Below, one piece after another: positions 1-11,056 of a stretch of 64,000 nt of DNA. The stretch lies in NCBI GenBank assembly GCA_038231275.1, contig JBBRLQ010000010.1:96001-160000 (forward strand). The letters run 5' to 3'. The notes under the pieces were generated by a model that was given only the letters and a program-made list of their open reading frames with translations, did not search any database and was not told the origin of the DNA. The stretch comes from Polyangiales bacterium (GTDB taxonomy: Bacteria; Myxococcota_A; Polyangia; Polyangiales; Polyangiaceae). The position numbers and the translations under genes were made by a program. Position 1 is the stretch's first letter. Each line of letters opens with the position of its first letter.

Positions 1-1
1 G

Positions 2-1330
<1,329 letters not shown>

Positions 1331-1351
1331 CCGGCACGCGTGACGCGCGCG

Positions 1352-1996
1352 TCACTGCACGCTGATCTTGGCGGTCGCCGTGCAGATGATGTCGCCGGAG
1401 CAGTTGCCGCTGAGGAAGCGCTCGCCGTAGCTCCACGAGAGGGGCGGGGCGCCGACGGGGCCCGTGATCGTCTGCGTGCTCTCGAGGTGGCAGCTCGAGA
1501 GATCGAAGGGCATGACGTTGGTGACGTTGACCTGTCCCGTCGCGCTGACGGTCCCGGTGAACGTCTGCGTGCCGAACGTCGCGGTCGCGGCGCCGCCGGC
1601 GCACGGGTAGGTGAGGGTCACGGGGCCCTTCGAGATCTGCGTGTTGATGTCGGTGCAGACGTGGTTCGAGAGCGACACGGTGCCGGCTTGGATCGTCTTG
1701 GTGCACGTGACGGGACCGGCGTCGACGGGCGGTGGCGGAGTCGTCCCTGCGTCGGTGCCGGGAGGCGGCGTCGTCCCGGAGTCGGCGTTGCCCGCCGGTG
1801 TCGCGGGCGCGGAGGCGTCGTCGCCCGGCGGCGGCGTGGTCGCGCTCGTGCCCTGATCGGTGGAGTCGCTGGACGGCGCGTAGTCTTTTCCTGCGCCGTA
1901 CGCGCACGCGGCGAGCCCGAACGCGAGCGCTGCGCCGGCGAGCATGATGCCCGTCGTGAGCCCGTGGTTCGCTCTCTCCTCACGCGCAGACGCCAT
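1352..1996 (-). CDS. Hypothetical lipoprotein
   Basis: Hydrophobic signal with LAAC lipobox, Pro/Thr/Asp linker, beta-rich C-terminus with 6 Cys. Confidence 0.75.
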   Translation of the reverse strand: MASAREERANHGLTTGIMLAGAALAFGLAACAYGAGKDYAPSSDSTDQGTSATTPPPGDDASAPATPAGNADSGTTPPPGTDAGTTPPPPVDAGPVTCTKTIQAGTVSLSNHVCTDINTQISKGPVTLTYPCAGGAATATFGTQTFTGTVSATGQVNVTNVMPFDLSSCHLESTQTITGPVGAPPLSWSYGERFLSGNCSGDIICTATAKISVQ

Positions 1997-2182
1997 TTGC
2001 CGATCTCTCCAGAGGCACGAGAATGCACGGCGCGCGCCGCCGGAAATCCGCCCTCGCGCTCACCTCCCTACATCCGAAATATCGGCGAGTTACGGCTGCC
2101 GGGGGCTCGGCCCCGGGGGACGCGCGATCCGACACTGGCGTTTTTTTGAATCCAGGGCGGCGTCGCAGTCGCTCTCATTGGC

Positions 2183-2593
2183 ATGACCCACTCGCTCCAC
2201 TCTTTCTTCTCCGACACGAGCCCCGGCGAGCTCGTCCCGATCCTCGTGCCTCTCGCGTCGTTCGGCGCCATGGTCTTCGTCGTCGCGATCGCGCTCTACT
2301 ATCGGTACCGCCGCGACGCGGGCCGCCTCGAGGTCGCACGCTTCCTCGCGGAGAAGGACAAAGCGATCCCCGAGCGATTGTTCGGGCCCGAGCCCGTCGC
2401 CTCGAAGCCTGCGTCGGACCTGAAGCGCGGCTTCATCCTCGTCGCCGCCGGCGTAGGGCTCTCGATCGCGGCGGAGGTCGCCGGCGTGCGGCAAGCCGTC
2501 GGCTTCGGGTTCATCCCCGGCCTCATCGGCCTCGCGTACATCGCGGTGTGGCGGATCCAGCGCGGCGTCGCCCGCGAACGCGGCGAGGGTTAG
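2183..2593 (+). CDS. Small membrane protein (DUF6249-like), first gene of an ECF sigma cassette
   Basis: Three hydrophobic segments; 'DLKRGFILVAAGVGL...GFIPGLIGLAY' pattern; directly upstream of the ECF sigma. Confidence 0.75.
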   Translation: MTHSLHSFFSDTSPGELVPILVPLASFGAMVFVVAIALYYRYRRDAGRLEVARFLAEKDKAIPERLFGPEPVASKPASDLKRGFILVAAGVGLSIAAEVAGVRQAVGFGFIPGLIGLAYIAVWRIQRGVARERGEG

Positions 2594-2602
2594 CCTGAGA
2601 CC

Positions 2603-3145
2603 GTGTCGCCGACCGATGGAGAGCTCCTCGCGCGCGCTCGGGCGGACGATCGCGCGGCCTTCGCCGAGCTGGTCCGCCGCCACCACGGCGCCGTGCGCGC
2701 GCTCTTGCGCCGCCTCACGTGCGGCGACCACGCGCGTGCCGACGATCTCGCGCAGGACACGTTCGTCCGCGCGCACCGCGCCATCGCGTCCTTCGAGGAG
2801 CGGGCGAAGCTCTCGACTTGGTTGTGCCAGATCGCGTACCGCGTGTTTCTCGCGGACATCAAGCGCGCGCGCGCCGCGCGACTCGAGACGGTCGACGAGG
2901 CGGAGCCCGAGGACCGTACGCGCACTTCTGCGGACGCCGCGCTGCTCCGTCACGACGTCGAGCACGCGCTCGCCCGACTCTCGCATGCCGAGCGCGACGC
3001 GATCGCGCTCACCTTCGGGCGCGACATGACCCACGAGGAGGCGGCCCGCATCCTCGACTGCCCGCTCGGCACGTTGAAGACGAACGTGGCGCGCGGGCTC
3101 GAAAAGCTCGAACGCCACATGCGCCCATGGAGCGAGACCGCATGA
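2603..3145 (+). CDS. ECF-type RNA polymerase sigma factor
   Basis: AFAELVRRH, ADDLAQDTF, LSTWLCQIA, region 4 THEEAARILDCPLGTLKT. Confidence 0.92.
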   Translation: MSPTDGELLARARADDRAAFAELVRRHHGAVRALLRRLTCGDHARADDLAQDTFVRAHRAIASFEERAKLSTWLCQIAYRVFLADIKRARAARLETVDEAEPEDRTRTSADAALLRHDVEHALARLSHAERDAIALTFGRDMTHEEAARILDCPLGTLKTNVARGLEKLERHMRPWSETA

Positions 3146-3435
3146 AGACCCCGACCGAGCCGCCTCCCTGGCTGACCGATCTGCTCCGCGACGACGCGGC
3201 GCTCGACGATGACGGCTTCACCGCGCGGGTGATGGCCGCGCTTCCGCCGAGGCGTGCCCTTCGCGCGCGACCGGCGTGGGCGTACGCGCTGCCGCCGCTC
3301 TTCGCTGCCGCAGGCTGTGCGGCGTGCTGGCTCGTCGCGACCGCCGGTCACGCGCCGAGCCCCGCGATGTGGACGGGGCCGTTCGCGCTTCTCGCCATGG
3401 TCGTGGTCGGAAGCGTCGCCTTCGCCAACGACTGA
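3142..3435 (+). CDS. Putative membrane anti-sigma factor
   Basis: ATGA overlap with the sigma stop; 'DDDGFTARVMAALP' followed by two TM segments; real start lies inside ORF 2719..3435. Confidence 0.7.
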   Translation: MKTPTEPPPWLTDLLRDDAALDDDGFTARVMAALPPRRALRARPAWAYALPPLFAAAGCAACWLVATAGHAPSPAMWTGPFALLAMVVVGSVAFAND

Positions 3436-3456
3436 CGCGCGACGAAACGAAAGCCG

Positions 3457-3855
3457 TCAGGTCGGCGGAACGACGCGGACCGAAACGACGTAGCGCATGA
3501 CGCTGTCGACCTGCTTCTGATCGAGCGTCGCGCGCGGCCCCATCACTTGGAGGATCTTCGGCCAGCGCGTCTCGTCGATGGCCTGGAGGTTGGGATACCC
3601 GTGGCACGCGTTGCATTTCGCGACGTACAGATCCCGCCCCACGGCGAGGTTCGCTTCCGTCGTGTCCGGCCATCTACGCTGCGCCGACTCGACCTGGGCG
3701 GCGGTGAGCGGCGTCGGCATCGCCTCGGCGTAACACGCCGCGAGCGCCGCGCTAACGCCGACTCCAATGACCGAGCGGCCGAGGCCCACGCCGCAGACAG
3801 TACTCGGGTCGTTCCCCCACTGTCTACGATCCACGGCATCTAGTGGGTCGCTCAC
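3457..3855 (-). CDS. Monoheme cytochrome c lipoprotein (true start probably downstream of 3855)
   Basis: CNACH heme motif, distal Met in 'WPKILQVM', LAAC lipobox. Confidence 0.78.
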   Translation of the reverse strand: MSDPLDAVDRRQWGNDPSTVCGVGLGRSVIGVGVSAALAACYAEAMPTPLTAAQVESAQRRWPDTTEANLAVGRDLYVAKCNACHGYPNLQAIDETRWPKILQVMGPRATLDQKQVDSVMRYVVSVRVVPPT

Positions 3856-3901
3856 GTCGTTTGCCCGCCACGGTCAAACGACTTCGCTCTAAGCTCCGCC
3901 C

Positions 3902-5371
3902 GTGCGACGTGCATCGGCGATTTTCAGCGTCCTCCTTCTAGCGATCGTCGTGCTCTTTGCGCCGCGGGCGTGGGCAGAAGATCCCGCCGTCGCGACTGCC
4001 ATCGTGCGCGTTCACGAACGCGAGGTGTACGTCGTCCGCGTGCCGCGTGCCGGGCAGAGTCCGCAGGATCGGGCGCGACTGGCGGGACAAGCGCTCGAGA
4101 GCGTGCTCGAGGACGCGGGCGAGAGCGAGGTGCGCGTCGAGAATCAGGGCGCGCTCGCCGTCCTCTTCGTCGGCAAGTCCCCGATCTTGACACTCACCGA
4201 GGACGACGCCGCCGCCGCCGGAGACGCGACGCTCCAGGTGCACGCGGCGAGCGTCGCTACACGTGTTACCGAGGGCCTCCGCACCGAGCGAAAGCGCAGC
4301 GCGATCGCGACGACGGTCTTCTCGTTCTCGCTGCTCGTGTTCTCGGCGCTCATCGCCTTCCTCTTGCTCCGACGTGTCGGAGACGTCGGTGGCAAGATGC
4401 GCGCGTGGGTACAGAAGAACCCCGAGCGCATCCCCGCGCTCCACCTCGGCAAGATCGAGGTGGTCTCCCGCCGCGCGATTCGTGGAGTGTTGTCGATCGC
4501 GCTCGTCGTCGGTCATCGCATCGCGCAGATCGCGATCATCTACAGCTGGGTGCTCGTCGCCCTCTCGCTGTTCGAGTCGACGCGCGCGTACACCGAACGG
4601 TTGACCGGCTTCGTCCTGACGCCGCTCTCCGCGCTGCTAGGGCGCGTCGGTTCGGCGCTGCCGCTCCTCGTCGTCACCGGCGTCGCCGCGCTCGCGCTCG
4701 GCGTCGTCGTCCGGTTCACTGGCCTCTTCTTCGGGAGCGTCGCGCGCGGCGAAACGAAGGTGGGCTGGCTTCCGTCCGATCTCGCCGAGCCGACCAGCGT
4801 GCTCGCGCGTGCAGGGCTCGTCGTCACCGGGCTCATCCTCGCGGCGCCGCTGATCACGGGGAGCGACGAGGGAGCTCTCTCTCGCGCGGGCGTCGCGGCG
4901 CTCGTCGCGATCGGCCTCGCGTGTACGCCGGTCCTCGCGAGCGCGGCGGCGGGCGTCCCGCAAGTGTACGGCCGACGCCTCGTGCCAGGCGATCACGTGG
5001 AGATCGGCGGCCGCGAGGGGCGCGTGCGACGCGTGACGCTGCTCGAGGTCGAGCTCGACGATCGCTTCGGCTGCGAGCTGCGCGTCCCGCACCTCCTCTT
5101 GCTCGTAAAAGAGACGCGCGTCCTCGGGAAGGCCAACCTCGTCTCCGCGGAGGTCTCGGTCGACCCCCGCGCGCCGCAGACCATCGCGCACGACGCGCTC
5201 CTCGCGGCGGCGCGCACGATCTCGACGCGCGCGAAGGTGGAGCTCGTGAGCCTCGATCACGCGGCCGCGCGCTACCGCGTCACGTGCGAAGAAGGCGCGG
5301 GCAGCCTGGCCGGTGCGATCGCCGATGGGCTCGCGAAGGAGGGCATCGGCCTCGGGGCGGGTCCGGGATGA
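3902..5371 (+). CDS. MscS-family mechanosensitive channel-like protein with N-terminal periplasmic domain
   Basis: Signal peptide, several TM helices, MscS beta-domain pattern 'PGDHVEIGGREGRVRRVTL...LRVPH'. Confidence 0.78.
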   Translation: MRRASAIFSVLLLAIVVLFAPRAWAEDPAVATAIVRVHEREVYVVRVPRAGQSPQDRARLAGQALESVLEDAGESEVRVENQGALAVLFVGKSPILTLTEDDAAAAGDATLQVHAASVATRVTEGLRTERKRSAIATTVFSFSLLVFSALIAFLLLRRVGDVGGKMRAWVQKNPERIPALHLGKIEVVSRRAIRGVLSIALVVGHRIAQIAIIYSWVLVALSLFESTRAYTERLTGFVLTPLSALLGRVGSALPLLVVTGVAALALGVVVRFTGLFFGSVARGETKVGWLPSDLAEPTSVLARAGLVVTGLILAAPLITGSDEGALSRAGVAALVAIGLACTPVLASAAAGVPQVYGRRLVPGDHVEIGGREGRVRRVTLLEVELDDRFGCELRVPHLLLLVKETRVLGKANLVSAEVSVDPRAPQTIAHDALLAAARTISTRAKVELVSLDHAAARYRVTCEEGAGSLAGAIADGLAKEGIGLGAGPG

Positions 5372-5384
5372 GGCGCGCCGACGC

Positions 5385-6623
5385 ATGAACGCGCTCCTCC
5401 TCTTGATGGGGCTCCTGGTGCTCGCGTACATCGGGAGCTTCCTCGTCGGCGGCCGCGCGCTACGCGGCATCGGGCTTCCCTCCGGCGCTGAGTACGTCGC
5501 GCTCGGCTTCGTGCTGGGCCCGCACGTCCTCGGGATCGTCGAGCGGTCGATGCTCGAGTCGTTCGAGCCGATCGTGCAGGTCGCGCTGGGGTGGCTCGCG
5601 CTCGTCATCGGCATCGACTACGGCTTCGCGGGCGAGCGCCGCGTCGGCCCCAAGAGCCTCGCGCTCGGCCTCACGAGCGCGCTCGTCACGGGCGGCGCCG
5701 TCGCGGCCGCAGTCATGGCGGTCCTGTCACGCGTCGCCCTCGTCCCGACGACGATGGACGGCTGGCTCCTCGCCGGCGGACTCGGCGCGGCCGGCGCGGA
5801 GACGACGCGTCACGCCGTACGCTGGGTCACCGAGCGCCACCACGCGAAGGGGCCGGTCTCGAATCTCTTGAACGAGATGTCGCACGCCGACGACGTAGTG
5901 CCGCTTCTCGTCCTCGCGGTCCTCTTCGCGGCGACGCAAAAAGAGGCGCACGTCCCCTGGCAGGTTCCTCTCTACGTCTGGGTGTCGACCACGATCGCGC
6001 TCGGCCTCGTCCTCGGCGCGGTAGCGGCGCTCCTCCTCGGCGGCGAGTTTACGCTGCACGCCACGTGGGGCGTCCTCTTCGGAACGTCCATGCTAGCGAT
6101 CGGCACGGCGGCGCGCCTCGATCTGTCGTCGCTCTCCGTGATGTTCTTCATGGGCGTCGCGCTCGCCGCGGTCTCGCCGCACCACTCGCTCTTGCGCGAG
6201 GCCGTCGCGCCGACCGAACGTCCAGTGCTCCTCCCCGCGCTGCTTCTCGCGGGCGCGCGCATCGATCTCAACGTGCTCCGCTCACGCTACGTCGTCATCG
6301 TCATCGTCGCCGCGCTCCTCGCCCGCGTCCTCGGGAAATTCCTGAGCGGCCTCCTCGTCCGCGTCACGCGCTCGGCGCGCGGCGCGAGCCCAGCGGTGGG
6401 CCTCGCGCTCCTGTCGTCGGGCGCGCTGTCGATCGCGATCGGCCTCGCGTTCGCGCTGCGCTTTCCCGGCGTGGTCGGCGACACGGTGCTCCTCGCGAGC
6501 GCGTTGTCCGCCATCTTCGGCGAGTTCGTGGCGCCGGCGACGCTGCGCCGCGTCCTCGAGGGCGTCGGGGAAGTCCGCGCAGCCGCCCCCGAGTCGACGC
6601 CCGCCCTGCCGGAGGTCCCGTGA
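5385..6623 (+). CDS. Cation:proton antiporter-like membrane protein (paralogue 1)
   Basis: Polytopic; 'YVALGFVLGPHVLG', 'ADDVVPL', 'ARVLGK'; ATG at 5385. Confidence 0.78.
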   Translation: MNALLLLMGLLVLAYIGSFLVGGRALRGIGLPSGAEYVALGFVLGPHVLGIVERSMLESFEPIVQVALGWLALVIGIDYGFAGERRVGPKSLALGLTSALVTGGAVAAAVMAVLSRVALVPTTMDGWLLAGGLGAAGAETTRHAVRWVTERHHAKGPVSNLLNEMSHADDVVPLLVLAVLFAATQKEAHVPWQVPLYVWVSTTIALGLVLGAVAALLLGGEFTLHATWGVLFGTSMLAIGTAARLDLSSLSVMFFMGVALAAVSPHHSLLREAVAPTERPVLLPALLLAGARIDLNVLRSRYVVIVIVAALLARVLGKFLSGLLVRVTRSARGASPAVGLALLSSGALSIAIGLAFALRFPGVVGDTVLLASALSAIFGEFVAPATLRRVLEGVGEVRAAAPESTPALPEVP

Positions 6624-7990
6624 GCAACCCCGCCGTAAAAGCGCCGCCCGCGCGCAAACTCCTCCAAGCGGGCCTCCTCATCGTCATCTCTGGCGTCCTC
6701 TTCGTCGCTACGCGCGTCGTGCCCGAGATGCACGGCGGCTCGGGCACGATCGCCGCGGTCGGCTTCCTCCTCCTCGCCGGTACGCTCCTCAGCGAGCTCG
6801 TCGAGCTGCTCGGCATTCCGCACCTCACGGGCTACCTCCTCGCCGGCATCCTCGCGGGACCGCACGTGCTGCACCTCATCGATCATCGCTCGGTGGAGCG
6901 CCTCTCCAGCGTCAACGCGCTCGCGCTCGCCCTCATCGCGATGGCAGGCGGCGCCGAGCTGAAGATGGAGCTGCTGAAGAAGGGCTTCCGATCGCTGGGG
7001 TGGGCGACGCTCCTTCAAAGCCTGCTCGTGCCGGTGCTCATGACCAGCGTCTTCATGGCCGTGCGCCCGCTCATCCCGTTCGCCAAGCCGCTCACGCTCT
7101 CGGCGCTCGCCGGCGTCGGGCTCCTGTGGGGCATCATGTCGGTCACGCGGAGCCCGTCGGCCACGCTCGGCATTCTGTCGCAGACGCGCGCGCAGGGGCC
7201 GGTCGCGCGCTTCATCCTCACGTTCGTCATGACGAGCGACCTCGTGGTCGTCGTCCTCCTCGCGCTCGGCCTCACGGTCGCGCGGCCGCTTATCGAGCCG
7301 GGCGCTGCTTTCTCCGGCGCCGCATTCCGGCGCCTCGCCCACGAGATCCTCGGCTCGGTGTCGCTCGGCACGACGCTGGGCATCGTCCTCGTCCTCTACG
7401 TGCGGCTCGTCGGGCGGCAGCTCCTCGTCGTCTTCATCGCGCTCGGCTTCGGGTTGACCGAAGTGCTCCGCTACCTGAACTTCGAGCCGCTCCTCACGTT
7501 CATGGTCGCGGGCTTCCTCGTGCAGAACCTGTCGAGCCAGGGCGAGAAGTTCCTCCATGCGATCGAACAGACCGGCGGCGTCGTGTACGTCGTCTTCTTC
7601 GCGACGGCCGGCGCCGACCTCGACGTTCCTCTCCTCAGGCTCCTCTGGCCAGTCGCGCTCATCCTCACCGGGTCGCGCGCGCTCATCTCCTGGGGAGTCT
7701 CGCGGTTGGCCGGGCGCATCGCCAACGATCCACCGACCGTGCTGCGATGGGGTTGGTCGGGGCTCGTGTCGCAAGCGGGGCTTGCGCTTGGCCTCGGGTC
7801 GCTCGTCGCGCGCGAGTTCCCGAGCATCGGGGGCGGCTTCCGTGCGCTCGCCATCGCGACGGTCGCGATCAACGAGCTCGTGGGCCCGGTCCTCTTCAAG
7901 CTGGCGCTCGATCGCGCAGGGGAGACGAGCGAAGAGCCGCGCCTCACGATCCCGAGCCTGCGCCCGCCGCCGCCTCCCGTCGTCGAGTGA
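6620..7990 (+). CDS. Cation:proton antiporter (paralogue 2)
   Basis: GTGA overlap with the previous stop; 'IPHLTGYLLAGILAGPH', 'FFATAGADLD', 'SQAGLALGL', 'INELVGP'. Confidence 0.86.
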   Translation: MSNPAVKAPPARKLLQAGLLIVISGVLFVATRVVPEMHGGSGTIAAVGFLLLAGTLLSELVELLGIPHLTGYLLAGILAGPHVLHLIDHRSVERLSSVNALALALIAMAGGAELKMELLKKGFRSLGWATLLQSLLVPVLMTSVFMAVRPLIPFAKPLTLSALAGVGLLWGIMSVTRSPSATLGILSQTRAQGPVARFILTFVMTSDLVVVVLLALGLTVARPLIEPGAAFSGAAFRRLAHEILGSVSLGTTLGIVLVLYVRLVGRQLLVVFIALGFGLTEVLRYLNFEPLLTFMVAGFLVQNLSSQGEKFLHAIEQTGGVVYVVFFATAGADLDVPLLRLLWPVALILTGSRALISWGVSRLAGRIANDPPTVLRWGWSGLVSQAGLALGLGSLVAREFPSIGGGFRALAIATVAINELVGPVLFKLALDRAGETSEEPRLTIPSLRPPPPPVVE

Positions 7991-7998
7991 CGCCGCAC

Positions 7999-9597
7999 AT
8001 GAGTCTCGGCCCTTCGCTCCGCATCATCGCGATCAACGACGTCTACTCGCTCGAGAACCTGCCGCGCCTGCGGAGCCTCGTGGAGCACCATCGCACCGTC
8101 GCGCCGGCCGACCTGCTCCTCGTCACCCTCGCGGGAGACTTCGTCGCGCCGAGCGTCCTGTCGAGCCTCGACGCGGGGCGCGGCATGGTCGACTGCCTGA
8201 ACGAGGTCGGCGTCACGCACGTCACCTTCGGCAACCACGAGGACGACATCACCTACGAGGAGCTCCAGAAACGCGCGCAGGAGCTCCGCGGGGTTTGGCT
8301 GGCCACGAACGTCCACGATTTTCAGCCGATCCTGCCCGCGAGCGACGTGGTGCGCGTGGGTCGCCCCGGCGGGCGGACCGTCAAGGTGGGCCTCGTCGGC
8401 GTCGTCATGACCGATCCGGCCGCCTACCGCGGTGCGCCCTTCGGTGGCGCGAAGCTCGACCCGGCCAACGACGCCGCGCGCCGCGAGGCCGCTCGGCTGA
8501 TTCGCGACGAAGGATGCGCGTGCGTCATTCCGCTCACCCACCAGACGCTCGAGGAAGATCGCGAGCTCGCGCGCACGCAGCGGACGCCGCCGTTTCCCAT
8601 CCTCATCGCCGGGCACGAGCACGAGCCGCACCTCGAAGAAATCCAAGGGACGTGGATCGAGAAGGCCGGAGCCGACGCGTTCCACGCCGCCGTGATCGAT
8701 CTCGTGTGGCCCATAGAGGCGCCGCCCGCCGGCGCACCCGATCTGCCGAGTGTGCGCGTCGTGCTCGAGGACGTCGCGCCGTACGCGGAGGATCCGGCAC
8801 TGCGCGCGCGCGTCGAAGTGCACATGGCGAGGGTCCACGAGCTCGAGAAGGCGCCGCTGGTCAGGCTCGCGCCGGGGGAGGTGCTGTCGTCGGTGGGCAC
8901 GCGCCTTCGCCAGACGTCGATCGGCACGCTGGTCTGCAACCGCGTTCGCGATGCCCTGGGCGCCGAGGCGTGCCTCTTCAACGGCGGCGGCATCCGCGGG
9001 TCGCGCGAGTACGTCGGGCGAATCACCTACGGCGACCTGAAGGCGGAGATCCCGTTCGAGAACGAGGTCGTCGTCGCGACGATGCCGGGCCGCGTCGTGG
9101 CGGCTGCCGTCCGCGCGTCGCGCTCGCACGTGCCAGCCGAATCGGGCGGGTTCCTGCAGGTCGACGATCGCGTCACCATCACCGAGGACGGCGCGCTCGT
9201 GACGATCGCTGGCGAGCTGCTCTCCGAAGAGCGCGAGTACCGCGTCGCCCTCGTGCGAAACCTCCTCACCGGTCTCGATCACATCGAGCCGCTCGTGCGC
9301 TTCGCCACCGAGTTCCCCGAGCGCGTGCCTCCGGCTGGGAGTGGGCGCGACATCAAGCTGGTGTTGATCGAGGCGTTCGCGGTGGAGCTGTGGCGGCATC
9401 TCGGCGGCTTCGACGCGATCGACACCAACCATGACGGCGTCATCTCCGAGGAGGAGCTCGCCGCGGCGATTGGTCGCGTCACCTCGAGCGCGCCGTCGAA
9501 GGTGGCCGCCGAGCTTGTGCTGCGTGCGCTGGACGCCGATCATGATCTGGCAATCACGCGCGAAGAGGCCGAGAAAATAGGGCGCGGCGCGACGTGA
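7999..9597 (+). CDS. Metallophosphoesterase/5'-nucleotidase with C-terminal EF-hands (alternative GTG start at 7987)
   Basis: NDVY, GDF, GNHE, LTH, GHEH motifs; NGGGIRG C-domain; EF loops DTNHDGVISEEE and DADHDLAITREE. Confidence 0.88.
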   Translation: MSLGPSLRIIAINDVYSLENLPRLRSLVEHHRTVAPADLLLVTLAGDFVAPSVLSSLDAGRGMVDCLNEVGVTHVTFGNHEDDITYEELQKRAQELRGVWLATNVHDFQPILPASDVVRVGRPGGRTVKVGLVGVVMTDPAAYRGAPFGGAKLDPANDAARREAARLIRDEGCACVIPLTHQTLEEDRELARTQRTPPFPILIAGHEHEPHLEEIQGTWIEKAGADAFHAAVIDLVWPIEAPPAGAPDLPSVRVVLEDVAPYAEDPALRARVEVHMARVHELEKAPLVRLAPGEVLSSVGTRLRQTSIGTLVCNRVRDALGAEACLFNGGGIRGSREYVGRITYGDLKAEIPFENEVVVATMPGRVVAAAVRASRSHVPAESGGFLQVDDRVTITEDGALVTIAGELLSEEREYRVALVRNLLTGLDHIEPLVRFATEFPERVPPAGSGRDIKLVLIEAFAVELWRHLGGFDAIDTNHDGVISEEELAAAIGRVTSSAPSKVAAELVLRALDADHDLAITREEAEKIGRGAT

Positions 9598-9754
9598 GCG
9601 GCGTTGGCACTCCGGCGGCTTTCGTCCGATCGAGGTGGCGCGAGGATCCAGGCGCCGTGACCGCTGCAGGCGCGCTTCTCCAACTCCGCTGAAACCTGCG
9701 CCGCTCTCGCGGGCCTTTTCTTTCTCCGCTGCGCGTTTTCGAAGCTCCGGACGG

Positions 9755-9770
9755 CGGAACGCCGGTTGCA
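9755..9770 (+). promoter_or_regulatory. Putative sigma54 -24/-12 promoter
   Basis: CGGAACGCCGGTTGCA (GG-N10-GC), followed by a GGAGG RBS and the ATG at 9795. Confidence 0.6.
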
Positions 9771-9794
9771 CCGAGAGACGCTGGAGGTTCCCCC

Positions 9795-11006
9795 ATGCGC
9801 GCGCTCTCCTTCTTCGCGTTGGCCGTCGTCGCGACCGCGGCGTGCTCTGCGGCGCCCTCGCACAGTGGCTTCAGCGAAGGCAACGCAACGGGCTCGAGCG
9901 GCGGCGCCGTCGGCGGTGGAAGCAGCGGCGGGGGGACGACACCCGGCTTCGGCGGCGACGGAGGGACACCGGCCACCGGCGGGACCTGCAGCCCCAACGC
10001 CGCCAGCGCGGAGATCGCCGACAACGGCTGCGACGACGACGCCAACGGCAAGATCGACGACGTCGCCGCGTGCGATGACGGCCTCGCCATCGACGGCACG
10101 GCCGGTGACTTCGCGAAGGCGATCGGGGTCTGCGACGTCGCCGCATCGCGCGGCTTCGGCCTCGTGAGCGCCTCGTACTCGAACGGCTACGGCCGCGCCG
10201 ACGCCCCGCAGCAGGGGCAGTGGGGACTCCTCCCCAAATTCGGCTCGTCGCTGACTCCGCGCGAAGGTCACCTCCTCGGCGCCATCAGCTCCGGCTACGC
10301 GCGCGAGTACGATTCGCCGAGCGGCACCGGCACGCCGTTCTTCAAGATCGGCCCGCTCGATGGCACCTCCTATCCGACCGGCGCGGCCCCCAGCGGCTTC
10401 CCGCGCGCCGCCGCGGGCTGCCAGCAGGACAACCTCGTCAACGACATGATCGACGTGAAGCTCACGCTCAAGGCGCCCCCCAACGCGCAGGGCTTCAAGT
10501 TCGACTTCGACTTTCACTCGTCGGAGTGGCCCGCGTTCATCTGCACCAACTTCAACGACGCGTTCGTCGCGTACCTCTCGGCGCCGAGCTTCAACGGCGG
10601 CAAGGGCGACAACGTCTCGTTCGACAGCAAGAGCAACCCGGTCAGCGTGAACAACGGCTTCTTCGACCGCTGCACGCCGAACTCTCCCATCGGGTGCGGC
10701 GACGGCAACGCGCCCACTGGCACCGCCGCGTGCCCGGGAGGCCCCGCCGAGCTGGGCGGCACCGGCTTCGGCCTCACCGGCACGCCGATCTCCGCGCCCA
10801 CGTGCGACCCGAGTCAGCCGCAGACCGTCGGCGGCGCGACCGGCTGGCTGACGACGCAGGCGAAGGTCAACGCCGGCGAAGAGTTCACGCTCGAGTTCAT
10901 GATCTGGGACGCGGGGGACGGCGTGCTCGACTCGCTCGTGCTGCTCGACAAGTTCCAGTGGATCGGCGGCGCGGTGACGCCGGGCACCACGCGGCCTCCG
11001 CGCTGA
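9795..11006 (+). CDS. Lipoprotein with choice-of-anchor L-like domain
   Basis: AAC lipobox, Gly/Ser linker, 'EIADNGCDDDANGKIDD' metal-binding-like motif, 'FDFDFHSSEWPAFICTNFNDAF', 'IWDAGDGVLDS'. Confidence 0.8.
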   Translation: MRALSFFALAVVATAACSAAPSHSGFSEGNATGSSGGAVGGGSSGGGTTPGFGGDGGTPATGGTCSPNAASAEIADNGCDDDANGKIDDVAACDDGLAIDGTAGDFAKAIGVCDVAASRGFGLVSASYSNGYGRADAPQQGQWGLLPKFGSSLTPREGHLLGAISSGYAREYDSPSGTGTPFFKIGPLDGTSYPTGAAPSGFPRAAAGCQQDNLVNDMIDVKLTLKAPPNAQGFKFDFDFHSSEWPAFICTNFNDAFVAYLSAPSFNGGKGDNVSFDSKSNPVSVNNGFFDRCTPNSPIGCGDGNAPTGTAACPGGPAELGGTGFGLTGTPISAPTCDPSQPQTVGGATGWLTTQAKVNAGEEFTLEFMIWDAGDGVLDSLVLLDKFQWIGGAVTPGTTRPPR

Positions 11007-11056
11007 CGTCGCCGGCATCTCCTCGTCGTCAACCGGCGGCGTGCTAGATTCTTGGC

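Noticed and set aside
2013..2027. AGGCACGAGAATGCA as a sigma54 promoter
   Set aside because: The GG-to-GC spacing is 9 nt rather than the required 10.
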